DNA of 63,804 nt, counting the filler, from Trichomonas gallinae (lineage: Eukaryota): NCBI GenBank assembly GCA_008369845.1. It is 10 parts of 10 records of this genome, joined end to end, with 100 filler letters (N's around TTAATTAATTAA, not from the genome) between each part and the next. Parts side by side here need not be neighbours in the genome. Positions count along the whole stretch, not along the records: positions 1 to 8,321 come from MRSU01001452.1; positions 8,422 to 27,034 come from MRSU01001454.1; 8 more parts are not named here. One strand, 5' to 3'. Of the stretch, positions 1 to 11,219 are shown piece by piece; within the stretch, counting starts at the first letter, position 1, and every line of letters begins with the position of its first letter. The position numbers and the translations under genes are program-made. Under the pieces are notes generated by a model. That model was not told the origin of the DNA. It ran no database searches and was given only the letters and a program-made list of their open reading frames with translations.

Positions 1-3
1 TTT

Positions 4-38
<35 letters not shown>

Positions 39-55
39 GTTGTTTTTTTATAGAA

Positions 56-1777
56 ATGGATTTTGTTGCATTTAGGGGCTTCTCGTCAATTTCGACGCCT
101 TGCCTGTTCGTGAATCCGATTGATGGACGCACAATCTATCCGTACGCAAAGAATATAATTATCGAGGACCAGAACAAAAAGCAGGAATTTCTTCGTGGTC
201 ATAAACACTGGATAACAGCGATAGACATGTCGCCAAAGGGCCGCATGATCGCATCCGGTGAAAATAGCCGTGAATCAGACATAATTGTGTGGAATTACAA
301 AACAAAACAACAATTATATAATTTATCAGAGCACGACAACGGAATTACAGCTTTAAACTTCAGCAACGATGAAAGACTTCTTGCTACAACAGCAAATGAT
401 AATCGTCTTATCATTTGGGATATGGCGACAGGAAATATGGTTCTCCACAAAAAAGTTCAGCCAACAACATGCGTTAAATGGGGTGGACAAGTTCCTGATG
501 TGAAAGGCAGACCAACATTAACATTCTATCTCGCTACTTCCGGACCTCAAGGCGTCCAATTGCATATCGTCGATCCATCCGGCAGAATCGATACTACAAA
601 CCTTCCACAGGGCAAGTACACACGCGATATCAGGGCGATGGCCTTCACGAAGACATATCTCCTCTGTGGAACTTCTTCCTCCGACGTTCTTGTTTTCGAC
701 CTCCACAGCCTGACAATGATCAAGGTTAACCACCTCGGAAAGGGCGGCGTCACGAGCATCTACACAGCACCAGACGGTGGCATCATTGCCTCATGCCGCG
801 ATGGATGCATCTTCGCCATCCACGAAGAGGGCTCCCAGCTGCTGCAGGGAATCAAGAGGCCAATCGCATCTCTCTACGATAACCGCCTGATCACAGAGGA
901 CGGATCTCTTTTGTCGAGCGACGGACAGACAATATGGGACAGCCACCCACGCCCAGTCACCTCCATCTCAGTCTGCGGCACAACTGCCGTCTCCTGCTGC
1001 ACGGATGAGACAATCAAAGTATGGGACGCGACGAACCTCGACTGCAGGCTCTCTTTCAAGACGAACTACCACTCGCCACCCGTCTCCGTCGGCCTCAGCC
1101 CAGCCCTCCTCGTCATCGGCCACGAGAACGGCGCTGCTGGCGGCTACGACTTCACAACTGGCGAGCACCTCTTCAAGATTGAGCACGCGCACCACACAGC
1201 GGTTAACGTCATCGAGATCTCCCCAACACGACGATTCTTCGCAACTGGCGGCGACGACACGACAGTCAGGATCTGGGATGTCCGCTCTCGCGCGATGATG
1301 ACAAAATTCGCTAAGCACGACTCCTCAATTTCTTCGATCGCCATTGTCCCTTCAGCGACACACATCTTCTCCGCCTCAATCGACAAGAGCGTCTGCCTCT
1401 TCGACATTCAGAGCGAGGAGCTTCTGGAGAGGTTCACTTGCTTCGAGTCTGGCGTCCGAGACATCGCAATTCACGACGATATACTTCTCGCCGCGACACA
1501 GGACGGCCACATCTACAACCTCCACCCGTCTGAGGGCACTCAGCCTTTTGCTTCCATAAAGACGCACGAGGCGAACACAATCGCCATCTCTCCAGACGGC
1601 ATGAAGTTTGCCATCGGCCACATCAGCGGCGACGTTTCTGTCTGGGACACCCAGTCGATGAAGATGATTGGCTCGATGCCATGCCACTCAGCGTCCTGCG
1701 CGGATATAAGATTCGTCGACGCAGGCAAAGTGATGTCCGCCGGATCAGACGGCGGCATTGCATTAATAAATGCATGA
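56..1777 (+). CDS. WD40-repeat protein, CFAP52/WDR16-like (axonemal)
   Basis: 573-aa ORF with many GH...WD repeats. The N-terminus (GF...P...IYP...QEFLRGH...SPKGRMIASGE...DIIVWNY) resembles CFAP52. Confidence 0.85.
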   Translation: MDFVAFRGFSSISTPCLFVNPIDGRTIYPYAKNIIIEDQNKKQEFLRGHKHWITAIDMSPKGRMIASGENSRESDIIVWNYKTKQQLYNLSEHDNGITALNFSNDERLLATTANDNRLIIWDMATGNMVLHKKVQPTTCVKWGGQVPDVKGRPTLTFYLATSGPQGVQLHIVDPSGRIDTTNLPQGKYTRDIRAMAFTKTYLLCGTSSSDVLVFDLHSLTMIKVNHLGKGGVTSIYTAPDGGIIASCRDGCIFAIHEEGSQLLQGIKRPIASLYDNRLITEDGSLLSSDGQTIWDSHPRPVTSISVCGTTAVSCCTDETIKVWDATNLDCRLSFKTNYHSPPVSVGLSPALLVIGHENGAAGGYDFTTGEHLFKIEHAHHTAVNVIEISPTRRFFATGGDDTTVRIWDVRSRAMMTKFAKHDSSISSIAIVPSATHIFSASIDKSVCLFDIQSEELLERFTCFESGVRDIAIHDDILLAATQDGHIYNLHPSEGTQPFASIKTHEANTIAISPDGMKFAIGHISGDVSVWDTQSMKMIGSMPCHSASCADIRFVDAGKVMSAGSDGGIALINA

Positions 1778-1835
1778 TTGTATATTTATTAAAAAAAAGA
1801 CGTTTACAACAATTTTTTTTTTACAAAAAAAACAT

Positions 1836-3989
1836 ATGCTTTCTCAAGTTTTGCCTAGACTAAAAAATTTCTGTAAAACAAGGGGAATAGACGTTCAGCA
1901 GGAGCTTGAGTATATCGATAGAAAAAGAACTGGAATGCTGTTACCAGCAATATTCAGAAGATTTTTCACAAATATTGGATTCGAGATTAATGATCAACAG
2001 TTTGATGCTTTGTGCAAGGAAATAGCACAAAATGGTAATATAGAAATTGCAAAATTCATTTCTACACTCGAAAATTCAGCCGATAACGTTCCACAACACA
2101 CATGCGATACATCTTCTATATATAGCGAACTTAGAAAACTTCGTGGATACTTACAAGCAAATAATAGGACTCTCAGAGAACTTTTCAGGCAGGCTGATCC
2201 AAGCTGCAGAGGATACGTCTCCGAAAATGCGTTTTTCAGGGAACTAGGATTCTCAAATGAAGTGAAGAAGATTGCTGCCGCATATACATTCGATAAATTC
2301 GAAGGCGTTAGATATTCAATGATTGAAAAAGATATTGGCAGCCTCCAATTGACAACTACAAAAGCTAAACCAGACCTAACAAAGCTTGCTGAGGCATTTG
2401 AATTCAACGGAATTGATAAGAATCAAGTCTTCAACCATTATGACAGATATAGAACGGGAAGGATCCCAGCAGAGGCTTTCAATGCTGTTATTCGCAATTT
2501 CTCGAGAGAACCACAGCCAATTACAAAATATTATACAGACAATGAAGGTTTCGTTGACATCAGGCAGTTCTCGCAAGATATGAACGTTACATCACAAACA
2601 ATCAGCAAGATTCCAAAAGTTACCACAAAATCCGTCAAGCCACTTGATATAGATGAAATTGTTTCATTCATCGAGCGCGAATTGAAATCTCGTCACGTCA
2701 AAATGTCTGATTTCTTCGGTCACATGGCAGGAGAGGAGCGAATCAAGGCTATGCACTTCCAGGGAATACTTAACACAAGCGGATTGTCAATCACAAATGA
2801 CGAAGTCTCAGCTCTGACTGCCAAATTCGCTGACGGTCAGTTCGTCAAACTTCAAGAATTTCTTACCTTATTCAACAAACCAGAACCACAAAGGATGCCT
2901 GAGATCCGCGTTGAAGGTCTGAGGGACTATCTCACATTCTCTCAACGCCGTCTGCTTCCACTCCTCCAGAGGTGCGACATCACTAAGACAGGCGAGGTCG
3001 ATGTTGGCGATTTGTCGACAGTTCTGACTCGCATCGGCTACGCGATGGACCGCAGCGAGCTCGAAGGAATCAAGCGTGCATTTGCCGGCAATGCACCAGG
3101 ATCCATCAGATACGAACAGCTCTGCATGGCTGTAGAACCACAGCCGAAGCCAGCTCAGCCCTCCAAACAAGAAGAAAAGCCACAGACGAAGCCGAGAAAT
3201 TTGCCTCCACGCCTCGTCACTTTACTAAAGAAAGCAAATGCAGGTTTTGAGAGAAGTGGCGTTGTTGCTCTTGATGAGTTCCGCCTTGCTGACTCTCGCC
3301 AAGTTGGCCTTCTTACCATCCACGAAGTCGCAGACGCTGTTTCATGCGCAAGTTTCACTGATGCAGAAGTAATGGAATTGGCTTCTTTCTATCCAGACAG
3401 GAGATATATGGACATCGTGAGGGATTTGTCTCGACCAGAAGCAATACCCGAGAAAGCACAGAACACAACTCAGCCTTCGCAAGACATGGAGCAGGCTCTA
3501 GCAGTTTTGAAGGGCGCGTTAGAGGTTAGATCGCTCACAGTCTTCGATGTTCTTGGAGAAAGATACGTCCCAATTCAGCGCGCTGCTGGGCTTCTGAACA
3601 AATTCTACGAGAATCCACTCAAGTTATGCGAGTGCTTCAGAGACAGGAAAAGACCAGAGCTTGTTGATGTCTTGAGTTTCGAGCGCGCGCTTGCTAAGGT
3701 CCAAGCAAAGAAGAAAGCTGTGATAAGGGATGACGCTGGAGCGATTTACAGAGACCTTGGCGAGATCAGAGCAAAGTTTGAAGCAAGACATTGTGATCCA
3801 AGGCGTGTATTTAACGGTAAACCACCGAAGATTTCATTCGATGAATTGATGGATGCGCTTCAATCACTCAATATTATCCTCGAAGGAAGGTCTCGCTATA
3901 GAATTCGCGAGAACTTCGAAATCAACGGAGAAGTCGATTGGAATAATTTCCTCCAAGAAATACAAGCATCAACAACTTTGGCATTTTAA
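1836..3989 (+). CDS. Multi EF-hand repeat protein (EFCAB6-like)
   Basis: Repeated degenerate EF-hand loops (DRKRTG, DPSCRGYVS, DRYRTGRI, DITKTGEV, DSRQVG). Start moved to ATG 1836 because 1770-1835 is A/T-run intergenic-like sequence overlapping the previous stop. Confidence 0.8.
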   Translation: MLSQVLPRLKNFCKTRGIDVQQELEYIDRKRTGMLLPAIFRRFFTNIGFEINDQQFDALCKEIAQNGNIEIAKFISTLENSADNVPQHTCDTSSIYSELRKLRGYLQANNRTLRELFRQADPSCRGYVSENAFFRELGFSNEVKKIAAAYTFDKFEGVRYSMIEKDIGSLQLTTTKAKPDLTKLAEAFEFNGIDKNQVFNHYDRYRTGRIPAEAFNAVIRNFSREPQPITKYYTDNEGFVDIRQFSQDMNVTSQTISKIPKVTTKSVKPLDIDEIVSFIERELKSRHVKMSDFFGHMAGEERIKAMHFQGILNTSGLSITNDEVSALTAKFADGQFVKLQEFLTLFNKPEPQRMPEIRVEGLRDYLTFSQRRLLPLLQRCDITKTGEVDVGDLSTVLTRIGYAMDRSELEGIKRAFAGNAPGSIRYEQLCMAVEPQPKPAQPSKQEEKPQTKPRNLPPRLVTLLKKANAGFERSGVVALDEFRLADSRQVGLLTIHEVADAVSCASFTDAEVMELASFYPDRRYMDIVRDLSRPEAIPEKAQNTTQPSQDMEQALAVLKGALEVRSLTVFDVLGERYVPIQRAAGLLNKFYENPLKLCECFRDRKRPELVDVLSFERALAKVQAKKKAVIRDDAGAIYRDLGEIRAKFEARHCDPRRVFNGKPPKISFDELMDALQSLNIILEGRSRYRIRENFEINGEVDWNNFLQEIQASTTLAF

Positions 3990-4014
3990 ATATTTTTTTA
4001 TTTATTTTTTTTAG

Positions 4015-4416
4015 ATGCTTTTTTATTTGTTTTTCGCACGAATTGGACTCAACGGTGGAATAGATCGCGAAGAGGTCAATAAAATAATCGGCTTCCATGC
4101 CTTGTTTTCGAATCCTTCTTCCAAACTATGCCATATTGAAGGATCGAACGTTATATATCATCAATATATTTCCGAATTTATCAATCTCATTAAAACATCT
4201 TCATTATATGATCAAGATTACGCTCGTCATTTGGAAGAATACCGTCCCCGTCCTTATGATAAAATCGCACAAATGGATTATTCAGGTCTGCGAGCATTAC
4301 TGACTCTTATTTCGATGGGAGATACACTTTCTTCACGCAATGACTACATGTGCCAGATTATTAATAAAGGATATATTCCAAAAATTCTACAAAGACTCAA
4401 AGAAGTGACACAGTAA
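4015..4416 (+). CDS. DUF6508-like small protein with hydrophobic N-terminus
   Basis: 133-aa ORF. The C-terminal DY..LRALLT.I...D........GYI.KIL.RLKE pattern resembles the mainly bacterial DUF6508. Confidence 0.6.
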   Translation: MLFYLFFARIGLNGGIDREEVNKIIGFHALFSNPSSKLCHIEGSNVIYHQYISEFINLIKTSSLYDQDYARHLEEYRPRPYDKIAQMDYSGLRALLTLISMGDTLSSRNDYMCQIINKGYIPKILQRLKEVTQ

Positions 4417-4577
4417 CTAATGCACAGTCTAGAAATTTAATTACATCATGTTTCTGATCGGATTTTTTTGAAATATTCTTTTTTTTTTCAAATTTTGTTA
4501 TTATTAAATCTATTGTTTTTATAAATCATATTCTCATTGAAAATTAATTTCCCTAAATTTTTTTTTCAATTAAAAAA

Positions 4578-5447
4578 ATGAGCTGTTCAGGAAACTGTGG
4601 CTCATGTTCACATGCAGGGACATGCTCCTCAAACGGAGCACCACAGGCACTGCAGGAAGCTCTGGAAGAATGTAAAGCTGTATTAGAAGATGTTACTCAT
4701 AAAATTCTGATTCTCAGCGGAAAAGGTGGAGTTGGTAAGTCAACATTTACATACATTCTGACGAGATACATCGCTAAAGCACATAAAGTTGGTGTTTTAG
4801 ACTTAGATATCTGTGGCCCATCAATTCCGATATTGTTCAATTGCGACAATGAACCTCTCATCGATACATCTTTTGGTTTTCAGCCTTACCATGCTACTAA
4901 GAACATCGATGTTGTCAGCATTCAGTTCTTTCTTCCTGATCAAGATTCTCCTGTAATCGCTCGAGGACCAAAGAAGAATGCACTTGTGCTACAGTTGATA
5001 AATCAAATAGACTGGAGCGAGCGAGAATTCCTCTTGGTCGATACACCTCCAGGCACATCGGACGAACATCTATCGGTAGTTAGCTTCATGAGAGACTCCG
5101 GAATCGATGGCGCCATCATAATCACAACGCCAGATGAAGTCTCAATCTCTGATGTTCGCCGTGAAATTGACTTTTGCAAGAAAGCTGGTGTTAAAGTTCT
5201 CGGAGTTGTCGAGAACATGAGCGAATTTCACTGCGAGAAGTGCGGCAAGACATCATCTATCTATGACCGCACAACTGGCGGAGCTTCTGAGCTTTGCAAG
5301 GTAGAGAATTTGGATTTGCTTGGCCAAATCCCAATAGATCCGCACATTGTGGCCGGACAATTTTCGCTGAAGGAAGATCTTCCTGCAGCAATCGAAGCCG
5401 CAGCAAAAGAAATATATGAAAAGTTAGAGCAAAAATTGAAAGAATAA
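4578..5447 (+). CDS. NBP35: Cytosolic Fe-S cluster assembly P-loop NTPase (Nbp35/Mrp family)
   Basis: N-terminal four-Cys motif (CSGNCGSCSHAGTC), deviant Walker A SGKGGVGKST, DLDICGPS, DTPPGTSDEH, ENMS and C-terminal CxxC. Confidence 0.92.
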   Translation: MSCSGNCGSCSHAGTCSSNGAPQALQEALEECKAVLEDVTHKILILSGKGGVGKSTFTYILTRYIAKAHKVGVLDLDICGPSIPILFNCDNEPLIDTSFGFQPYHATKNIDVVSIQFFLPDQDSPVIARGPKKNALVLQLINQIDWSEREFLLVDTPPGTSDEHLSVVSFMRDSGIDGAIIITTPDEVSISDVRREIDFCKKAGVKVLGVVENMSEFHCEKCGKTSSIYDRTTGGASELCKVENLDLLGQIPIDPHIVAGQFSLKEDLPAAIEAAAKEIYEKLEQKLKE

Positions 5448-5888
5448 ATTTTTTTTTTCGATGTGAAAAATTTGTAAACTTCTAAAAAACTTCGCAAGGT
5501 CCATTCGCAGTACCGCTGCAAATTTAACCAAAATCTTTTTTGAAAGCAATCAATAATTGAAAGTCATGACAAAAAAATTATGGAAAAAAGCATACCCAAA
5601 ACGCGTCAGTCCCATTTGATGCTGCGGATAATTTTACAACAGCTGCTGTCAAAATATCATTTCTGAATTACTAACGATAACTTAATAAAATCACATCACT
5701 ATGGAGATATCATGCATAGCTGAATAAATATTTACGAAATATCAACCACAAAATTTCGATGATAGACATTTAGATTACTAGTTTTCGTCATTATTATCTG
5801 ATTTGAACGATTATTAATTCAGAATTATTGAGAACTATTCAATTTTCATGAAGTTGTAAATCTCATAAAGATATAATTCGATATTAGA

Positions 5889-6431
5889 ATGATTCCACAT
5901 GAAAAGCAAGACGAATACAATTGTTTGCTGAGTCAATGCAAGGGAATATCAATAGAAGATTCTATCACGAACAAGCGAAGATTCACAGAGCAAGAAGATA
6001 ATTTATTGCGTTTCCTCGTTGACGTTTTCGGAACGAATAATTGGAAAGCTATATCAAAATTCTGCTTAGCCAAAACAAGTCGACAATGCAGGGAAAGATA
6101 CTCAACTTATTTAGCCCCAGGAATAAGAACAGATGAATTCTCACCCGATGAAGACATGAAAATCATAAATAAAGTACAGGAACTCGGACCAAAATGGGTA
6201 GAGATATCTACATTTTTCGATGGGAGGTCTCCAAACTCCCTTAAAAATAGATATAATGTTCACATCCTCCGAAAGAAGAAAAATATTGAAGTTGAAAAGC
6301 CCAAAAAGCAATCAAAAATCGTTAAAATCGACAACCAAGTTCCCAAAGAATTACCAGTTGATATTATTGAACAGTTTTGGACTGAAAAAGATGTTAAAGG
6401 TTTCGGGCTAGAGTCTATGTTTCCCGAGTAA
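5889..6431 (+). CDS. R2R3 Myb-like DNA-binding protein
   Basis: FTEQED..L...V...G..NW..I......RQCRERY..YL.P followed by F...ED..I...V...GPKW..I...F.GRS.N.LKNRY. Confidence 0.93.
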   Translation: MIPHEKQDEYNCLLSQCKGISIEDSITNKRRFTEQEDNLLRFLVDVFGTNNWKAISKFCLAKTSRQCRERYSTYLAPGIRTDEFSPDEDMKIINKVQELGPKWVEISTFFDGRSPNSLKNRYNVHILRKKKNIEVEKPKKQSKIVKIDNQVPKELPVDIIEQFWTEKDVKGFGLESMFPE

Positions 6432-7410
6432 TCACATATCACAATGAAAGGGAATATTCATCAATACGGGTATTAAATATTTTTGTTAATTTTTCTAGCG
6501 AAATTATTCATCAGATTTTCCATTTTATTTTTTGAATATTTCAATTTTACATATAAGAAACAATACTATAGACATAATCCATTGCAAATATGAAGAGAAT
6601 TTCAGAAATTGAAGGTCTTTTTTTTATCCATTTCTTATCCGATTTCACAGTATTTTTTTCCACCTTTGGATTTATGTTGTTATTAGGTTTTTCATTTCTG
6701 TTAAAATACGTTAAATGACAGATATTTTGTCCATTTGCATTATATTACATTTTATTCCCAAAATGAACACTTTTTATTTACATTCTAAAGTTTTTCCATA
6801 TTCACGGATTCCACATTCCACGTCTCAAAAATCGAAAACCTCACCTAAGTAGACTTGTTTTGGAAAATTCCTAGCATTTACTAAGATATATTTTTCCAAA
6901 AAGTTCAGGACTTAACAATCATTATCGTTATTAGTACTATAAACATTATTTCTTAAGATATGTATCCCAAATAGTTTTATTATTAACATATAGAATATAA
7001 CGAAATTAATATATACAGTTTGGATTTGTATCCTTTAAGTATATTGCTACTTAGGATGATATTATCTATTCTCCAAGATTCAGCTAATATTTGACTGAAA
7101 GCTTGAAGTCTCTACCCGATTCCTTTTTAGGTTACGAAAAAATATGGAATTCTAAATAAAACTGAAAAGCCATTTTGCAGTCAAAGCTTTAATTTATCAA
7201 GCAGCGCGATTACCAAAGCCGCCATGTCAAAAATACAGATTCAAAAAACATTTTTATTAAATATCACTTATACATAATATTAATACTTTTTTTTCCGATC
7301 CGTCAAAATTCTTTGAAAACTAAAATTTATATTAATATCACTCAGCAGGTATATATTAATATTCCCATAAATTTTCAAATTCAAAAATCGTTTTTTTTTC
7401 AAATAAATCA

Positions 7411-8196
7411 ATGAAGGAAAATTTTAGATCAGATAATCAGGCCATGTTCTGCCTACCGTCGTCAGATGCGTTGAAAGGCACAACATTTGCACCGATACCA
7501 TTACCTAAACTATCTCCATATGATATACAGCAAAATTCTATTCCCTTACCATCTCTTCGTCCTATTTTGAATCATCCAATGACACAACCGGCATCCCCAA
7601 GATATCACAGATCGCCATCCCCTCAACGTTACAAATCAATTCTTCCAATTTCGATTGAAAATTATAATCCTCGCAAAAAACAAAGTTTTACCGATGAACC
7701 TACTGTTATTGCAATTAGCATTCTGCAGATAAATCAATCAGATTTGTTTATTGACCCACAGCTGCCTTATTCTGAGCAAATGCAAAAAATTACAGCTTTG
7801 CAAATTCAGATTAGACAAATTAGAAACGCGATACTAAACAAATCCGATGAGTCCCGAGAAAGAATAGTCAACTTTTATCATTCAACTACCGCAAATCAAC
7901 AAAATCAACAAGAGTCTACAGAAACAAAATCATCGGTTAGGATGGATAAAGAAATATATAGAACTTCATATATATCTAACAGAAATTCAAGAATTGAAGC
8001 AATTAAAGAAAAGAATAAGGCTTCAATGAGACGTGCCGAAGAAGTAGCTCAGAGACAGAAGGAAGACCAACTCAAGAGGCAGAATCTCTTTGAACAGGCA
8101 GATTCGGCATACAAGCGTAAATTGATTGATATGAAACTGAAGAAATCCTACCGTTCGAAATCTAATTTATCTGATATTAATATTGTTCGTATATAA
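7411..8196 (+). CDS. Hypothetical protein (Pro-rich N-terminus, coiled-coil C-terminus)
   Basis: 261-aa ORF in AT-rich flanks with no recognisable domain. The start could be the next ATG. Confidence 0.7.
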   Translation: MKENFRSDNQAMFCLPSSDALKGTTFAPIPLPKLSPYDIQQNSIPLPSLRPILNHPMTQPASPRYHRSPSPQRYKSILPISIENYNPRKKQSFTDEPTVIAISILQINQSDLFIDPQLPYSEQMQKITALQIQIRQIRNAILNKSDESRERIVNFYHSTTANQQNQQESTETKSSVRMDKEIYRTSYISNRNSRIEAIKEKNKASMRRAEEVAQRQKEDQLKRQNLFEQADSAYKRKLIDMKLKKSYRSKSNLSDINIVRI

Positions 8197-8321
8197 ATAT
8201 TTCTGTTTGTATTTTTTTTTATATAAAATTTTATTTCCTTCAAAAGTAGTATATGTTGGGGGTTATTTGCCAAAATTTGCAAGCGGTCCTATGACCCCAT
8301 ATTTGAAGGATTTTAGACAAT

Positions 8322-8421
8322 NNNNNNNNNNNNNNNNNNNNNNNNNNNNNNNNNNNNNNNNNNNNTTAATTAATTAANNNNNNNNNNNNNNNNNNNNNNN
8401 NNNNNNNNNNNNNNNNNNNNN
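8322..8421. other. Assembly gap with artificial six-frame-stop linker TTAATTAATTAA. Same linker at 27035-27134, 33224-33323, 35551-35650, 41253-41352, 52367-52466, 59478-59577, 60968-61067 and 62504-62603.
   Basis: Identical 44N-TTAATTAATTAA-44N block occurs nine times. Confidence 0.98.
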
Positions 8422-8805
8422 CTATCTGTGTTGTGTAAAACTTTTGCACCATCAACATTCGTCCGTTAAAATAAGGTTATTAGTTTCCATACCTTTAAAA
8501 AAATTATTAATTTTAATGGTTGATGGTTCTTAAACTGGAGATAGATTTATATTATGATAAAGAATAAAATATCAAATACCCAAAACTTGGAAAGGTATAT
8601 TTTATTGCTAAAAAATAATCTAAAGAAAATCTCACGAAATTGAAAAAAAATAGCTACATCTGGTGTAATGGGATTGAATGAGACAATTGTCATTTGTTGA
8701 CAAAAAGTTGAAAATTTTGAAAAATTTTAAAAATGAAAATTAAGATATATTATAAGGAGAAGATTATATGTATAATAAAATTTTCGTCAATTTTCAAAAT
8801 TTCTG

Positions 8806-10212
8806 ATGAGGAGGGGCGACATTGTCATCTCCGCAAAAGAGTTCACACCAAGTCCAATACAAGATGTAATGGAGAGGGTTAGGACTCTTAAAGACAACAT
8901 CGTCCAAGTCAGAGACGAAAACAGGAAATTAGAAAGAGTAAGAGATCAATTATTAATTCACCTTAAACAATCGATGAAAGATCAGGAAACATTAAAGAAT
9001 ACATTAAAACAACTTCGCCAACAGCTTGATTCGCCCCAATTAATGCAAAACGAAATTGATAATACAAGGTATCAGCAGAAAAATGCTCAAAGAGTTCAAC
9101 AAATGAACCAACCACCGCAGAAAAAGTATCAGTCGCCGCCTGCAGCGCCGCCAAGCTTAGCACCGCAGATGCCTCCTCCGCCAATTCAGGCAAAACAAGA
9201 ACCAGTGCCAGCACCTCCTCAAGAGCCAGCTCCCCAGGAAGCTCTTCAGCCGAGCATCACGAAACATCAGTCGTATCTCGGTGAAAATGACCTTAAATTT
9301 AAATACTCACTCCACACTGATGAAAACTCGAATGTTCCAACCCTTGGAGCGTGCTTCTCGCCAAATGGTAAATTCCTTGGTCTTACAAATGGCCTTTCTA
9401 TCATAGTTGTTCAAGCTGATATTGGTGAAGTTGTTTCTACAGCAATTATGAACACTCCAGTGCAAACAGTAACACTTCACAAGAAAGCCATTCGTTTTTC
9501 ACCAGATAATAATACGATTGCATTTGCTGGACATCTAAATGACGCATTTCTCGTTCAAACAAGCAACTGCCAGGTAATTTATCGATTCCAAGGTCATGCT
9601 CAAGAAGTTTCTGCTGTCGAATTCTCTCCTAATGGAAATAAGCTTATTATCGGCTGTTATGATGGCTCAATCACATTATACAGCACAAAAACATTTGAAG
9701 TCGTCAAGAAACTTAATCCTCAGCCATGGCCAATCGTCTCTATTGTTACAAATGAAGAAGCTGATTTATACGCGATCGGATTCTTAAACGGATTCGTTGG
9801 TATGTATAATGCCGATTTCGATCCACCGATGAACAGCTTCCAAGCCCACGAGAGCGCAATAACAGATATCGATTTGTCTCCTTTGACTCAACTCTTAGCT
9901 ACAGCATCAGAAGATTCTACTATCAAAATCTGGAATATTATGCGTGGTCCAGCTTCTTGCAAGCATTCGCTTACATTCCATAGATCTCCTGTCACTCATA
10001 TAACATATTCAGCCATTGACTCGATTATTGTATCAGCATCACGCGATAACTCAGTAATCATACAGAACTATAAGTCAGAATCGATATTATATACAATACA
10101 AAACGCTCACAGAGGAAATATTTTGGAAATTGCACATTCGCCAACGCAACGTATGTTTATCATGAGTGGAGATGATCACACTGTTAGCGTGTGGGAATAC
10201 GCATCTATATAA
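8806..10212 (+). CDS. Tup1/Groucho-like WD40 protein (coiled coil, Q/P-rich linker, WD40 propeller)
   Basis: N-terminal heptad-like helix, Pro/Gln-rich linker, C-terminal WD repeats (GHAQEV...FSPNG, AHESAI...TIKIW, TVSVWE). Confidence 0.8.
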   Translation: MRRGDIVISAKEFTPSPIQDVMERVRTLKDNIVQVRDENRKLERVRDQLLIHLKQSMKDQETLKNTLKQLRQQLDSPQLMQNEIDNTRYQQKNAQRVQQMNQPPQKKYQSPPAAPPSLAPQMPPPPIQAKQEPVPAPPQEPAPQEALQPSITKHQSYLGENDLKFKYSLHTDENSNVPTLGACFSPNGKFLGLTNGLSIIVVQADIGEVVSTAIMNTPVQTVTLHKKAIRFSPDNNTIAFAGHLNDAFLVQTSNCQVIYRFQGHAQEVSAVEFSPNGNKLIIGCYDGSITLYSTKTFEVVKKLNPQPWPIVSIVTNEEADLYAIGFLNGFVGMYNADFDPPMNSFQAHESAITDIDLSPLTQLLATASEDSTIKIWNIMRGPASCKHSLTFHRSPVTHITYSAIDSIIVSASRDNSVIIQNYKSESILYTIQNAHRGNILEIAHSPTQRMFIMSGDDHTVSVWEYASI

Positions 10213-10463
10213 TGTTATGATTTTTTTGTTATATCTAATTTTATATAATTTCTTAAAGAATTTTGTTAACTAGCAACTTACTATTTCGTTTTTATGCTCA
10301 AATAAATCAACTTAAAGCAATGAAAATCGAAAATATAAAAAATATTTTATATTTCGAAGAAATATCAAAGGTTGAAGAAAATTTTAACGATAAAATGATT
10401 TTTTATGATATAAAAATGATGAATATGATAAAAAGAGAAAATAGACGTTTATAAATTTTTAAA

Positions 10464-10940
10464 ATGATTGAAATTGCGAAGAATTCAAGGATATTTCCAG
10501 CAATTATCATCATGCTATTGATTGCTTATTCCGCTTACTGGCTTTTTGTGTCAGCAGATACGTTCTGGTGCAACGCGATTGGCAATTATAATATCGTATA
10601 TCTTTGTTTTTTGATTGTTTTATCATTTTTATCACTCGTATTGCTTATAAATCAGAACAGAAAATGGTATTTTATACTTTCAGCCATTTCTTTCATTCCT
10701 GCAGTTATTGTTTGCTTTATCAACAGATTTTCTCGATATCCAGACTACGCCGCGATGCTAAGCCAATACTATACAGACAATCAAGATGAACCAGTCGCTC
10801 AATACATGTCTACAATATACAACGCAGATTGGAAAATGTACAACTATATTATTATTCGTTCCGGACAATCTTCTACAGTCGTTACAGTCTTAGTTTGCCT
10901 TTGGATTGCAACAATGATCATTCCTCACTTGAAAGAATGA
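10464..10940 (+). CDS. Small multi-pass membrane protein (about 4 TM)
   Basis: 158-aa ORF with four hydrophobic segments. Confidence 0.75.
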   Translation: MIEIAKNSRIFPAIIIMLLIAYSAYWLFVSADTFWCNAIGNYNIVYLCFLIVLSFLSLVLLINQNRKWYFILSAISFIPAVIVCFINRFSRYPDYAAMLSQYYTDNQDEPVAQYMSTIYNADWKMYNYIIIRSGQSSTVVTVLVCLWIATMIIPHLKE

Positions 10941-11203
10941 AATCTTTCATATTTCTATTGTTATTTTGTAAATTTTACTTGTTGTTTATTAATATTCGAA
11001 CAGATTTCTTTATATATCATGAATATCTAAGCTCGAAATTCATTTTTGATTTCTGGTAAATTAATGAAAAAATATTTAATATTTATAAAAAATAACAAAA
11101 TTTGAGTGATTTTTATGGGAAAGTGCAAAATTTTAATAATAAAAAATTTAATATAATAATATATGAGTCGAAATAATGTATTTGGAAGGGTTTTTATTTA
11201 TTG

Positions 11204-11214
11204 AAAACGTGACA
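11204..11214 (+). promoter_or_regulatory. AAAACGTGACA promoter-proximal motif (also 24345-24355, 24362-24372, 43176-43186, 48638-48648)
   Basis: The exact 11-mer is seen five times, each within about 110 bp of a gene start. It is related to the trichomonad AAAGTGAC upstream motif. Confidence 0.6.
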
Positions 11215-11219
11215 ATTAT

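Noticed and set aside
518..1863. Many overlapping antisense and alternate-frame ORFs in the WD40 gene
   Set aside because: By-product of GC-rich codon usage, with no protein motifs.
8322..8421. TTAATTAATTAA motif repeated nine times inside N runs
   Set aside because: Artificial contig linker with stops in all six frames. ORFs running into it are artefacts or truncated.
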